Origin: the human T2T-CHM13v2.0 reference genome, Homo sapiens
DNA: 64,000 nt
Direction: 5' to 3' (one strand)
Assembly: GCF_009914755.1 (NCBI RefSeq)
Contig: NC_060940.1
Shown: positions 46,101-60,429 of the stretch, piece after piece
Layout of the letters: every line of letters starts with the position of its first letter
Numbering within the stretch: the first letter of the stretch is position 1
Notes under the pieces: model-generated
The model's database searches: none
What the model saw: the letters and a program-made list of their open reading frames with translations, nothing else
Told to the model about the DNA's origin: nothing
Position numbers and translations under genes: made by a program

Positions 46101-49100
46101 TTCTTGCTTATACACTGCTTAAAAGAGTTGTGTGGGATGTTTCGAGAGCCTTAAAAAATCTCCAGCTAGCTTTTTATCCAGATGTTTTAGTTCTGAGACT
46201 TTATGCTAAGGAGACATTTGAAAGTATATGAGGAAAAAGACTATGCAAGAATGTATAAGAACAGGTAATTGCTTCAGTAAATTCATTCATTATATGGAAC
46301 ATTATGCAGTCATTAAAAAATGACTTACACAAAGCATTATCAACAACACAGGAAAAGGAATATACTTAGGTTATAGATTTCAGTAAAAATAATTAGCATA
46401 CAGTAAGGAACTGAAGAAAATACAGCAAAATGTTTACAGTGGTCATTTTTGAAGAAGTGAGTCTACTGATAATACCTTTTGCTACTTCAAAAAAATTTCC
46501 CCATTTGCTTTTTTAATTGGAAAAATTCCTTTACATGTAAGTTAAATATTACTGGCTCCAAGCTCCATGAGGCCAGAGTCTTTGTTCCTCATTCACTATT
46601 ATGGTTCCAAGTCTTAACATAGGGCTTGTAGTAATTTTTATCAACCTTATTTTCTGCAATAATAATTTCTCTGTTTTTTTTTAAAATTTTTGCTGAGTTC
46701 CTGAAGCCAAGGAAATTAATGATGTGGAAGAGAGGGATAATGGTCACCAGTCACCATTTATTGACCACCTACTATGTGCCCGCCCCTGTGCTATCCTCTC
46801 TACACATGTTATTTCTAATCCTTGTCACAGCCTTGTAAGTAAATATGATCTGTATGTTTCAGATATGGAAACAGAGGCACACAGAGAAAGCTAAGGAACT
46901 TCTCCAAGTTCTACTTAGTATGAATAAAACTCAACTGTGTGATTCTAGTGTTTTCACTGTTTCTACTAGAGCTCACCTGGCCTTTAGATCTTTCTAGAAT
47001 TCCATAAGCAGATGCTGTCTCAACACAAAGATAATGACCTTTTCAGTTTTCATTGCAGATGTTCCTGAGTGATTACTGCTTCTATTGGTTTACACACGGC
47101 ATGCGTCTATGCATTTAAAATTGTGCACCTAATGACCCAGGATGCCTTCCTATCATCCATCCTGCTCTCCAGCTCCACTTGGATTCCTTTACTGAAGCCC
47201 CAGCACTTGGTCTTCTTGAGTCCCTTGACCTCTCAGCAAGGTGAGAGTGGGTAGCCATGTGCTTGACCGTCTGGGCACACGAACGCAGCACCAAGAAGGC
47301 AGATGTTGATGTTTACTACAGAATCTGTGATGAGCATTGCTGGGCCTTTGGATTTGCGGAGTGCGCAGTTTAAAATCACACTCACCTTCAAGGAGCCTTC
47401 CTTCTTTCTGCAAATAACTTGTGGAGGGCTCACTCTGCACAGCATAGTGCTGAGTGCTAGAGTCTAAGATGGATAAAAATATTTAAGATCCCTGTCTGTC
47501 TGGGGCTCGCACCCCACTGGGAGAGGTAGAGTCACACATGCAAGTACATAAATGGCTATGTGCTATAATAAGGAAGCTGGGTGTTGTGATGGGGCCCCTT
47601 CCGTGGTCTGAAGGCCATTTAGGATGTACCAGTGCTCTGAAATATAAAGAATGGGTAGAGATGAACTTAGACAAGAGGGTGGGGAGGGAAGCAACACGAC
47701 TCATTTCAAAAATAAAAATGGTTAGAATTTCCCAGAGCACATAAGAGCTAGTGAGAGAAAAGACCCAAGAAAGGAGAAGCCTGATGCAGAATCCTAAAGA
47801 CTGTGCTAAGAATGTTCACATTTATGGCAAATGCCATGGGAGGCTATTAAGACTCTAAGGAGGCTCAAATTACATTTTTAAAAGATCCCTCTGATGGTGT
47901 GGGAGATGAGCTGGAGAGGGACGAGAGTGGATGTAAGCTCCTCCTTTCTTCCCTGGTCCAAAGCAGCATCTCTCGATTCATCACACCTACCTTGGATACA
48001 GCCTCTGTGACGGAGTCTTCTCTGCACCTCTGCAAATCTATCTTAGGTACCCCTCATATGCTCCATGGCACTGTGTACTTTCTCCATCTTCACACATGTC
48101 ACAGTATATTGGAATTGCCTGTTTACTTCTCTGTAACATCACTAGTCTGAAAGCTTTGAAGGCAAGGATCACATTTATCTTGTTTACACTTACATCCCCA
48201 ATGCCACCAACCATGTTGGTTCACAGTAGGCATTCAACAAATATTTACACAATCACCATTTCATTGAGCACCTACTGTGTGCAAGGTACCCTTCTAGTCC
48301 TTTCATACGCATGAACTCACCCAATTCTGCCAATACTCCTTTGCAGCATGTTCTATGATTGTCCCCAAGGTAACCGATGAGTAAACTGAGGCACAGAGGA
48401 GGCTAGGCAATGTGTCCAAGGTTACAGGCTAGTATGCTGCACCACTGGGGTTCATAGTGCATGCTTACAACCACACACTCTAATGATTAACAAAAGAATG
48501 GAATTCTCATCTGTTAGAGCCAGCATTTAATTATCTGTGTTAATGGTTCAAGGCAGTGTCCTGCATCATCCAAAACAGTGAGTAACTTCCAAATAATCCC
48601 CAGCGGACTCTATGATACATATGGGCTTTTTTTCAGTAGATTGACCTTCATAAATTACCACTTAAAATAGCCAATAACAAAACCTATTCCTGTTCCCTAA
48701 GTAGCAATCAAACTAATGGACAGGAAGTAACTAAGAACTAAACTGGCTAAGCCAAAAAAAGCACTCAATCAACAAATTTAATTAAGCACTTACTTGTTCT
48801 TCTTCAGGATCCTGCCATGGTTCCTGTTTCTTATCGCTGCCAAGTCTCTTAAAAGCATATGCTACACCCACCATCTCTATCTACTTCCTTACCTCTTCTT
48901 TCTGCATCCTTAAATCAGGTCTTTGTTTGCACAACTGCACTGAAGTGGCTCTGGCAAAAGTCACCGATAGCCACTGTGTTGCCACATTCAATGGGTCCCT
49001 TCATCTCCACAGCTGTCCATGGCATTTAGTCTTCTGTGACATCTTTCACTCCTTGAAATTTTTTCTTTAGCACCTTGGATACCACTGCCCATCCCAGGAG

Positions 49101-49686
49101 AAACAGACGAAAGGACAGGGATCCAGAGCACCCTATTTTATTTCTCATCTCTCTGTGACCGGGAAAAATCACAAACTCTTCCTCTGCCCTGAGTTTTAAC
49201 CCATTGTGTGCTGCTATGAGATTAAGACATCCAGGCTCTGTGGCTTTCTTTTTTCTCCCCTAATCTTACAGGACAGCACAAAGAATTTTCATAAGGCAGT
49301 ATTTCACATCAATTAGAAAATATTTGAATCAACAAAACCTCCATAATACAGTATACTGAATATATGAATCCACCAAGGAAATTGAGTTTGTTTTGTTTTG
49401 TGTTCTAGCAAGGGATTTCATTTAAGGACATGAGAGGTACAGAGTTTCAAAGAAGAGGGCAGTCCCAGGATCATCCAGGCTAGGAGGGCCCTATAACTAC
49501 ATTTAAACATTGTGCAAAGGTACAAAGGGCTTGGGCTTTGAGATCAGCAACTTGGGCTAGAACTCCAGGTCAGCAAATTCCTAAGAGTATAAATTTCTGC
49601 ACTTACACTTAAGCTCTTGAGACTCGATGTCTTTATGTGGAAAATAAGAATGATAGAAGAGATAGTGAAGAACAAATGGAACATAT

Positions 49687-50205
49687 AAGCTCTTAGTAAG
49701 TGCTCATTTTCTCTCTTTCCCTGGTAGAGATGTAGCTTCCCCACATTTGCCAGCTCCTTTCAAGGTGAGTAGGGCTGTGTGACTGGTACCATCCAATCAA
49801 TTGCGAGTATATAGGAAGCTCTTAGTAAGTGCTCACTTTCTCTCTTTCCCTGGTAGAGTTGTACCTTCCCCACATTTCCCAGCTCTTTTCAAGGTTGGGT
49901 GGGGCCGTGTGACTAGTACCGCCCAATCAATTGTGAGTAGAAGTCTTCCGTGTCACTTCTGGCTAATGCGTTCATGAGCCACTGCAAGACCCTCCAACAG
50001 TCCCTTTTGTTGTGGCAGCAACCTGGAAGCCATGTGATCAAAGCAGCTTACATTTCTGAGTCATCACCTAAAAGACGGTCCTATAGAGTTGCCTAACCAG
50101 CTTTGGAATTTGCGTGAGTGATACGTAAGCCTTTGTCATGCTAAACCACTAACATTTCTGGGTTAGTCTGTTCTTACAGCACAGCCTAGATTACCCTGAT
50201 TAAAC
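49687..50205 (+). mobile_element. Old MLT1 (MaLR) LTR with duplicated 5' segment
   Basis: ggggccgtgtgactag..ccaatcaattgtgagtagaagt..tgtcacttctgg; 3' end ttacagcacagcctagattaccctgattaa. Confidence 0.65.
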
Positions 50206-51156
50206 GCATCACCCACTGGGGAGTCCTTGTGTTCCCAGGGGTGGAAGCAAGGATGAATCAGCTTCATCTCTTTTTTTAGCCAAGGTCTTTACTGATAGCA
50301 TCTCCTGTTTTCTTCTTTCTCTTCCCTTCACACACCAGAATCGGATCTCTTTATTTTACCCCCAAAGAAACTGAAGTCCAGAGAGGCCAAGTGACTTGTC
50401 CAAGCTCACACAGCACATAAGTGGCACAGCCAGGCCAAGAACCCAGGGCCTCCGACTCCCCTCCAGCCCTCGTAGTGTCCACACTACACTACCTCCCAGC
50501 AGCTTCCAGCTTCAAATGTTAATAATGTTCTGAGCTTGCCATACCTTTCAATCACTGTAAGCGATACAATCTATGCTACCTTAATGCACTAATTACCAAA
50601 GGAGCACATTACCATGCCCTAATTACTAACAAGAAGTGTTGTCAATTCACCATCCTGTTTGCCAGTACATGCAAAATGTTTCCAGACTTGTTCTCAAGGT
50701 TTGGCTGGAGGAGGGAAGACAAAATACAAAGAACAACTGATTCATTTCATATTGACAACCAGTCAGGTGGCCCTTCTATTATTATTCTTTGTTACCTAAA
50801 CACAATCCAACAAAGCCCCAGAAGAAAGGTAGCTGATAGAATGAGATGGGTGGGACAGGCAGTGTAATGAGCTCCAGAAAGAGATTTGCCCACCTGGTTT
50901 AGATGCCCATCTTTCCCTTTTTGCCTCTAGGGTTTTTCAAAGCCTCTGTTTTTTCAGTCATAAAATGGGTATAAAAGTAGTGCCAACCTCATGGGGCTGC
51001 CCTGGGAATTCAGTAGCATCACGCACACAAAGTCCTATGCAAAATGGCAAGAAGATAATAAGATGCTTAACTGTTATTGCCTATGATGATGATTGCTATT
51101 TAGGGGTAGTTTCTTAATCACTGATTTTTCCAAGAAGATTAAAACCAGGCAACGAG

Positions 51157-51451
51157 GCCAGGCACAGTGGCTCATGCCTGTAATCCCAGCACTTTGGAAG
51201 GCCAAAGTGAGCAGATCACTTGAGGTCAGGAGTTCGAGACCAGCCTGACCAACATGGTGAAACCCCATCTCTACTAAAAATATAAAAATTAGCCAGGCAT
51301 ACTGCTGGGCACCTGTAATCCCAGCTACTTGGGAGGCTGAGGCAGGAGAATCTCCTGAACCCGGGAGGCAGAGGTTGCGTGAGCCAAGATCACGCCACTG
51401 CACTCCAGCCTGGGCAACAAAGTGAGACTCTGCCTCAAAAAGAAAACAAAC
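51157..51451 (+). mobile_element. Alu
   Basis: Dimer; TSD AAAC(CA/TG)GGCAACGA. Confidence 0.95.
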
Positions 51452-53669
51452 AAACTGGGCAACGAAGTAAGGATAAGGGACCCTGATTTATCTTTTATTA
51501 AGCACTTGCCCATTCTATGATGTGACTTCTTGGTAGGTACATTGCTAACATTCTGTCTTTTAATCTTTATTCCCGTCCTATAAATTAGATATGATTGTCA
51601 GTTTTACAGATGAGGAAACTCTGGCTCAGAGATGTTCAGTAACTTGTCTGAGGCCACACAGCTAGTAAGTAGTAGACGCAGGATTTCAATCCAGGGCTAC
51701 GTGCCTTTTTTTTTTTTTTTTTCATTTCACAACAATACTGTAATTCAATTTCACTTTTCGTGGACTGTCTGCCTCCACGCATCTTTATGGAACTATATTT
51801 TGGAAACTTTAAAGGGACTATGACTTGAGGGCAAAGGAATGAGCACATCTTCTGGGACCGCCATTTGGGACATAATCATATGCATTTATAGAGCCTTTGC
51901 TGTGTACCTAGCACAGTGTTTAGTGCTGGGGTCATAGGGATCAATAAGATGTAGCCCTGGCTTTCAAGGCGTTCAAGGTTTAACAAGAAAACTCGTACAA
52001 ATTTGAGTCAATTACAATAACCTGTGGCCGATATGCAACAAAACTATAAGAGCACAGAGGAGAGATGGAACTCAGGAGGGACTTAGAAGAAGCAAAATCT
52101 AAAGCAGGTTTTGAAAAATTAAACACCACTTGCGTGCGGTTTCAGGGAGAAAGGGCATTGCAGGTGCAAAGCAGCAGTGTGCAAAGGCATGAGGTGTGAA
52201 CAAGCAGGCTGTCCTCAAGAAAGACAAGCAGCCATTCTGCTGGACTATACAAAGCATGAGAAGGAAGAGGAGCAATGGGGCTCCAGAGGCCAGCTAGTGT
52301 CAGGTCACTAGGGACCTTGCACTCCACGCTGAAGGCACCCAGAAGCAGTCTTGGTTTCTAAGCCGGGGATGGCACAGTCAGGCGGGCTTTATCATAGACC
52401 CTGCTGTTTGCTACGCAAAGCCAGTGCTGGCTGCCAACTCTGGCTGCGCAGGAGACTCACCAGGGAGCAATTTTTAAAAATCCAGTGCCAGGACCTCACC
52501 CTGGACCAATTGAATCAGGCACTCTGGAAGCGCAGTCTGGACACCGGTATATTTTAAAAGCTCATCGGACAATCCTAATATACTGCCAGGAATCACGCTA
52601 CTGGTGTAGGGGCAGAAATAGCATCCAGGAGGCTAGTGCTGGGGAAATGAATTCTGGATGAAGAGAAAGGACAAGATTCAAAACAACAATATTTTAGGAG
52701 CTAAAATTGACAATTGTGTTTGATGAGATGTGGGAGCTGAGAAAGAAGAGGAGGGAGGGTGGGTAGGAAGTGACGCTCCATTTTTTTAATCTTGATACAT
52801 AAATATATTATGTGTTATACACCTCACATAATATTAGTGCCAGAGAGTCTAACAAGCCCATCAGCAATTATTGATGTCTCCTCATCCCCGTACTGGTTGT
52901 CTATGAGAGTTCAAAAATACTACAATGATTGAAGAATGCGTATCACATCCTACAAGCACCATCTTCCATACTCAGGGGTCCACATTCATTCCAGTCACCC
53001 TGCACGGTCCAGAGGGATTTGCCTTGAACCCATCCTGGCCTCTTGAAGGAGAAATGCCTGGGGAATTCCACAGGAGGAATGAAATTGCTGTCTCGTTAGT
53101 GCATTATTTACTTTGATGCACAATTCTAGCAGTTGCAGTTCAGGCTCTATTGTTCACATGGTTGGGCAGGAAGTGTAATGGGAATACCATTAATCTGATG
53201 GTTTTAAAGGAGGTGATTTCCAATTAGAATTATTCTCAAGTTGTGAAATGAGTCTGAGCCGGTTTGTAAAACAGCGAGTAATCAATGCACTGTATAACCT
53301 TGATTTTTTAGAGTCCCAACGCTATGCAGAAAAAAGTGTCCTCCGAACCCATTATAAGAGGGTAAAAAAAAAATGCCATCATCCTCCCACCCCCCAGACA
53401 AATTAGCAAGAAAAATGTTAGCAAAAAGCTCTGCAGACGCACCATTATTTACAAAAGGGAGAGAGAAGAAGATGCTATGAAATAAATCATGCTGACAGTT
53501 CAATCAAAAAAAATCAGAATATATTATTCATGCTGTGTTTCATGAGTTGGAAAGGAACTGGACAGGGAGAGCCAAATATGTAGTTGTGTGCTTTATTTAT
53601 GCATAATAATTTGAATTCCTAAGTTACCTCTGTTTAATGAAATCTGCGTGCTAACTGACCTGACAGGCT

Positions 53670-54215
53670 CATTCAACATGTATTTTTTGAACTTCGACTC
53701 TTAACTAGTGCTGGTCTAGATACTGGGGATGCACAGGTGAGCAAACCAGGTGAGATCTCTGTTCCTGGGAAGGTTAGTTCTGCTTGTGAGTGGGGTGGAT
53801 GGGCAGACAATAAACACGCAAACAAGAGGACAGAGGTTCATAATCGGTGCCCAAGAAAAAAGCAAGCAGGTGGTGCAATAGAGACCTGCCACGGGCTACT
53901 TTGTACTGGTGATTGGGTGAGGCCTCTCTGCAGAGATGATATTTAATTCTGTGACATGCAGGAGCCATTAAAAGAGAATCGAGAGAAAACGTACTCTGGG
54001 GACGGATCCTACCAAGGCCAAGATGTGGGAGTAAGAACAGGTTGGGTGTGACCAGTCAACACGCAGTAGGTGCATGGACTGCGATACAGTGAGCTAGCAG
54101 GGGCAGGTAGGAGATGAGGTCCGAGAAGTAGGCAGAGCTTTGCCCAGGCAAGACTTTGTAGGCTGCAGGAAGGAGTTTGGATTTTATTCTAACTGCAATG
54201 GAAGCCAACCAGAGC
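53670..54215 (-). mobile_element. L2 fragment
   Basis: ctcattcaacatgtatttttt...aggagtttggattttattctaactgcaatggaagcca L2 antisense signature. Confidence 0.6.
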
Positions 54216-54216
54216 G

Positions 54217-54525
54217 TTTTTTTTTTGTTTTGTTTTGTTTTTTGAGACGGAGTCTTGCTCTGTCGCCCAGGCTGGAGTGCAGTGGCGCGATCTAGGCTCA
54301 CTGCAAGCCTCGCCTCCTGGGTTCACCCGCCATTCTCCTGCCTCAGCCTCCTGAGTAGCTGGGACTACAGGCGCCCACCACCATACCCGGCTAATTTTTG
54401 TATTTTTAGTAGAGACAGGGTTTCACCGTGTTAATCAGGATGGTCTTGATCTCCTGATCTCGTGATCCGCCTGCCTTGGCCTCCCAAAGTGCTGGGATTA
54501 CAGGCATGACCCACCGCGCCTGGCC
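54217..54525 (-). mobile_element. Alu (AluY-like)
   Basis: CpG-rich; gccattctcctg and caggatggtcttgatc diagnostics; GCCAACCA flanks. Confidence 0.95.
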
Positions 54526-54991
54526 GCCAACCAAAGTGGTTTAAGGGGAGGGGTGATAGGATCTGACTACAAGACTCCTGTGGCTAGGTTGATGATTCAG
54601 CACTGTGCTGGACTCCATGAGGGATGACAGGGAGAGAGCAGTAGTAACCAGTGGGTGGGGAGGCATGGAAACTTGAGTGGGCTTGGGAGTGACAGTAGGG
54701 TTATCAGCTAAATAATCGAATTGAAGATAAGGAAATCTTCCAGAAGGATGAGCTATTTGAAGACATCCATGGTGAGAGGCAGGAGCAAACAGTGGGAAGT
54801 TTGCTGAGTATATTTAAGTCATCAACACTAACACATTTGAAGAAAGATGGTATTATGTGGGTTGCCTTGCCCAGAGAGCAGGATGTGGAAGGGCAAATGT
54901 GGGCAGGAGAGGGTGTGATAAATCTCAGAACCATGAGAAACCTAGTTACTAGAGATGAGACAGAAGAGGGATGGTGGGCCCAATTCTGGAG

Positions 54992-55207
54992 TGATGATTC
55001 TCAACTGGGGGCAATTCTGCATCTCAGGGGACATTAAGAAGCACCTGGAGACATTTCTGGTTGTCACAACTTGAGAGGCAGCGCTACTGGTATTTAGTGG
55101 ATAAAGGCCAGGGATGTTGCTAAACACCCTACAAGGCTTAGGACCCCCCTCACAACAGAGAATTCTCTAGCTCAAAATGTCCGTAGTGCCAAGGCTGAGA
55201 AACTGTG
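54992..55207 (+). mobile_element. MER20 hAT MITE
   Basis: gattctcaactgggggcaatt...tggagacatttctggttgtcacaact...gccaaggctgagaaact. Confidence 0.9.
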
Positions 55208-55727
55208 GATGGACAGCAGAGTAGAACAATCCTGGATTTCAGTCCCCAGTGTGTGAACTTGAGTCAAGTTTTTAACCTCCCTGAGCCTCACTGACTCCAT
55301 CTGTAAAACGGAGGTGGCAATCATACCTGCCACCCGTGGGGGTGTGCATAGAGCTGAGGCAATTGAGGTAATAACCACACTTGCAGGTGCAGCGGGACTG
55401 GGAAGAAGGCAGAGGCTATGCCATATGCCTGGTAAGTGTGAGAGGTGGGGCCATTCTCTGAATTGGGCATCAGAGGATTGGGGTTTGAGTTCTCTTGCAC
55501 ACAGTGGGTGGACTTTTGGGAAGTGACTCAGCCTTCCTATGCCCTCCCTATTCTGGTGACAGATATAGTTATAAATATAGATATAGATATGGATATACAG
55601 ACATACCTGCTCTCAATACAGAAGCATAAAAATCATGTTTATGTGGCCCATCCCGTAGAGGATAGTCTAGTCTGTTCAGGCTGTTATAACAAAATACCAC
55701 AGACCAGATAATTTATAAAAAACAGAT

Positions 55728-56085
55728 GGCCAGGTGTGGTGGCTCATGACTGTGGTCACAACAATTTGAGAGGCTGAAACAAGAGGAGTGCTTGAGCCTA
55801 GGAATTCAAGACCAGCCTGGGCAACACAACGAGACCCCATCTCTTCAAAAAAATTTAAAAAAAAATTAGCTGGGCACGGTGGTGTATGTCTGTGGTTCCA
55901 GGTACTCTGGAGGCTAAGGCAGGAGAACAACTTGAGCCTGGGAGATTGAGGCCCAGGTTCTTTGGAGGCTAAGGCAGGAGAATCACTTGAGCCCAGGAGA
56001 TCGAGGCTGTGGTGAGCCATGATTGCACCCCTGCACTCCAGCCTGGGCGAAAGAGTGAGGGACCGTGTCTCAAAAACAAATACAT
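55728..56085 (+). mobile_element. Alu (AluJ-like) with internal 55-bp tandem duplication
   Basis: Dimer; ccagg...gaggc unit repeated at 55898 and 55953. Confidence 0.9.
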
Positions 56086-56380
56086 AAACAACAGAAATGT
56101 AGTTCTCACCATTCTGGATGCTGGGAAGTACAAGATCAAGTCACCAGCAGATTTGGTCTCAGCTGGGCGGTCCAGCTTCTAGGTCATAGACGGCCACCTT
56201 CTTGATGTTTTTTTTCACATGGTGGAAGGAGCAAGGGAGCTCTCTGGGTCCTCTTTTATAAGGGCACCAATATGATTCATGGAGGCTCCACCCTCATGAC
56301 CTCATCACCTCCTCAAAGCCCTTCCAATACTATCACACTGGGGATTAGGTTTCAACAAATGAATTTCAGGGGGACACACA

Positions 56381-56655
<275 letters not shown>

Positions 56656-56907
56656 TCAGGGGCACATAAGCTTTCAGACCACAGCACACCCTTTTCCAGG
56701 TTCCATCCTGTAAGGTGGGACAGGGCAGAGTGCAGGCACAACAAACAGCATGCCCAGTCTCAGCAGAACTGCCTTTCTCGCACACAGCATGTGGGCCCAC
56801 TTGTCCCAGATGGCTCTCCTTAGTACCACCTGAACGCAGCTTTATTTAACTCAACACTAGAGAGATGGTCAAAAAGAATCAGCCGTGAGTGTCTCACCTA
56901 GCACGAA

Positions 56908-57046
56908 GTCTCCCAGCCTCAGCATGGTCGACTCTTTGGACTGGATAATTACCTGTTGCAGGGGTCTGTCCTCTGCATTTCAGGATACGTAGCATCCCTG
57001 GCCTCTACCCACTACATTTAAGTAATGCCAAGTTGAGAACCACTGA
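56908..57046 (-). mobile_element. Internally deleted MER20
   Basis: tctcccagcctcagca...agcatccctggcctctacccacta...gttgagaaccactg. Confidence 0.75.
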
Positions 57047-57068
57047 ACTAGCATGGTGTAGTAATAAC

Positions 57069-57098
57069 TCATCATCATCATCATCATCATCATCATCA
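57069..57098. repeat. (TCA)10 microsatellite
   Basis: Directly visible. Confidence 0.95.
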
Positions 57099-57343
57099 CC
57101 TGTGTAGATGGACAGAAGTCAGACTCAAATCCCACCGCTTCCCCTTACTAGCTGTATGGCCTTAAGTAAGCCACAGCATTGCTCTAGGATTCTGTTTTCT
57201 CATCTGTAATATGGGTATAACACTTTCCTATGCCGAGAATGAAGTAATGTATAAAATTCTTAGCACAGTGTCTAGCACACAATTGTTCTCCAAAAAGTCC
57301 TTATCCTTCTTTATTGTACATGATTGAGAGTTACACAGAGTTA

Positions 57344-57800
<457 letters not shown>

Positions 57801-58212
57801 TCAAGACAGATCTCTGTGGCTGGGTCCCCAGAACAAAGTCCTCCTATCCCCTTAAACAGGGCCACAGATGGACAGTGAGTATATGGTCCAAGGCTTCTTT
57901 AAACCTGCCCCGTGAACACTTGCTCCCTCATCTATCTACAGAGTGGCTGTTATTATTTATGAACACCACCGTCATCATCATTAGCAAAATAAGAAACTGT
58001 TGGATTTTCCCCCATATCTAGAGGCTGTCTTGACCCTATCCAGACTCAAGGACCCCCGAACTTTCTGATCTTCCCCCTCAGAGGGAGGAAAGCCACTAAA
58101 ATGAAGTTCTTATAAGGTCGACCGATGCACACCAAGAAAAATCAGCATTGCAGCAGGCCGGGGTAGGGCGTGGGTGGTCTCCCTGACAGCTTGTTTTTAA
58201 ATACTTCCAAAC

Positions 58213-58400
58213 GAAAATGAGTTTGCCTCCAAGGAACTGCCTGTGTGCTGGCAGATCCGAAAGCGGAAGCAAAGCCCTCATGGCTGGCTGCATGCAGGCA
58301 TCCTGATGCGGAAGTGCTGCTAATTTAAACCCATTTTCCAAGGTGCCCACAGCCTCCATGGGGAATCACCAACACTCTCTGGAGAAGACGCTTAATCACC
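58213..58400 (+). repeat. Local duplication, copy 1 (188 bp)
   Basis: Near-identical to 59154-59341. Confidence 0.95.
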
Positions 58401-59153
58401 TGAAGAAGTCATGGGAACAGAGAAAACAAGAGCTGAAAACCCTCTCCGAAAGGGAGGCCCCCAAGTGACATTTTCAGCAGAATATTATTCTCTAAGCATT
58501 GTCTTTTCATCCTGTGCTCTCTTGAACCAAATAGATGATTAGGATTTAAGATGCATTTGATGATATTTTCCTGGTAGGGAGCCAGTTGTGCCCCCAGTTC
58601 TGTCCCACCTTTTAATCTTCTTGGTGGAGTTCCCGAAGGAAATGGAAGTGAAGAACTTCAGCCAAATGCAAGCAAACACCGCTTCGTTATTAGCTGGGCC
58701 AATGCCCAATAGCCCGATGTTGGACGATTTGGAAAAAGCTGGTCTATGCAGCAGACACTTGATAGGTACCTTCTTCTTAACCTAGATCAGAATCTTGAGT
58801 GGGTGCAGCGATAAAGGAACTCTGGATGAAAGAGGCGCAGCTGATACAACTCAGGAGATAGATCACCACGTGCATAACGGGGAAGGAGGACAGGGAGGGA
58901 GGGAGAGGATATGGCTGGTCCAGCTCACCTCATGCACTGTCACAGGTGCATGGACAGAACACGACAGAGGGAGATTAGCTTGGTACACGTCTCTTAGAAC
59001 ACAGCGACCCTGGCCCCAATCAGTGTGGCCCAATCCAGGGTTTATACTCTGACTAATCACATTAGCCTCTTCTTCTCCCTTGGACGTGGGAGCTAGGGTG
59101 AGGATGCACTGAGCACGCTTGCACACATGGGACACCAAGGCCAATGAGAGACT

Positions 59154-59706
<553 letters not shown>

Positions 59707-60132
59707 TAAAATTGGTCTTCGTATCCCCACTGCCAAACACTGGGAATGGGTACAGAGGAAGTAAGTTCCTGACCTAGCAAATATTTCTTCATTCCCTTGT
59801 CCTTTTATCCACTGTAGCACAAAATAGCTTCCTTGGCCACCCGTGTGAGTCAACTCTTGTCCTAGGACCAGGTATGTGTATGAACTAAGGTCAGATCTGG
59901 ATGGGCAAAAACCATCCCAGCCTCCTTCCCTCCTGCCCAGTGACCTTTCTCCAGCCTTTTCTGGCAGGCTCCGTCAATTGTTGATTCATCTCCTGTCATC
60001 TTCTCCATGCAACTTAGCAAAATATTCATTCATTCAGTGAATATTTATTATATGCCTTCATCTTAGGTTGGATTTCTCCAAGCAGTGGCTGAGAGGGTGA
60101 TGTGGGGGCAGGTGATCTATCAAGAAACAGTG

Positions 60133-60367
60133 GGCCAGGCACGGTGGCCCATGCCTGTAATCCCAACACTTTGGGAGGCCAAGGTGAGCAGATCACTGAG
60201 GTCAGAAGCTCCAGACAAGCCTGGCCAACATGATGAAACCCTGTTTCTAATAAAAATACAAAAATTAGCTGGCATAGTGGCACATGCCGGTAATCTCAGC
60301 TACTCGAGAGGCTGAGGCAGGAGAATTGCTTGCACCTGAGAGGCAGAGGCTGCAGTAAGCCGAGATT
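60133..60367 (+). mobile_element. 3'-truncated Alu
   Basis: Alu body ends at gccgagattg with no tail. Confidence 0.9.
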
Positions 60368-60429
60368 GGAATTGACCCTTGCACCTGAAATTGATCGCTT
60401 GCAGCTGAAACGCAGAGGATGCAGTGAGC

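Noticed and set aside
47381-47420. Minus-strand donor AAG|GTGAGT with a nearby acceptor
   Set aside because: Would give a ~22-nt exon with a weak polypyrimidine tract; no other support
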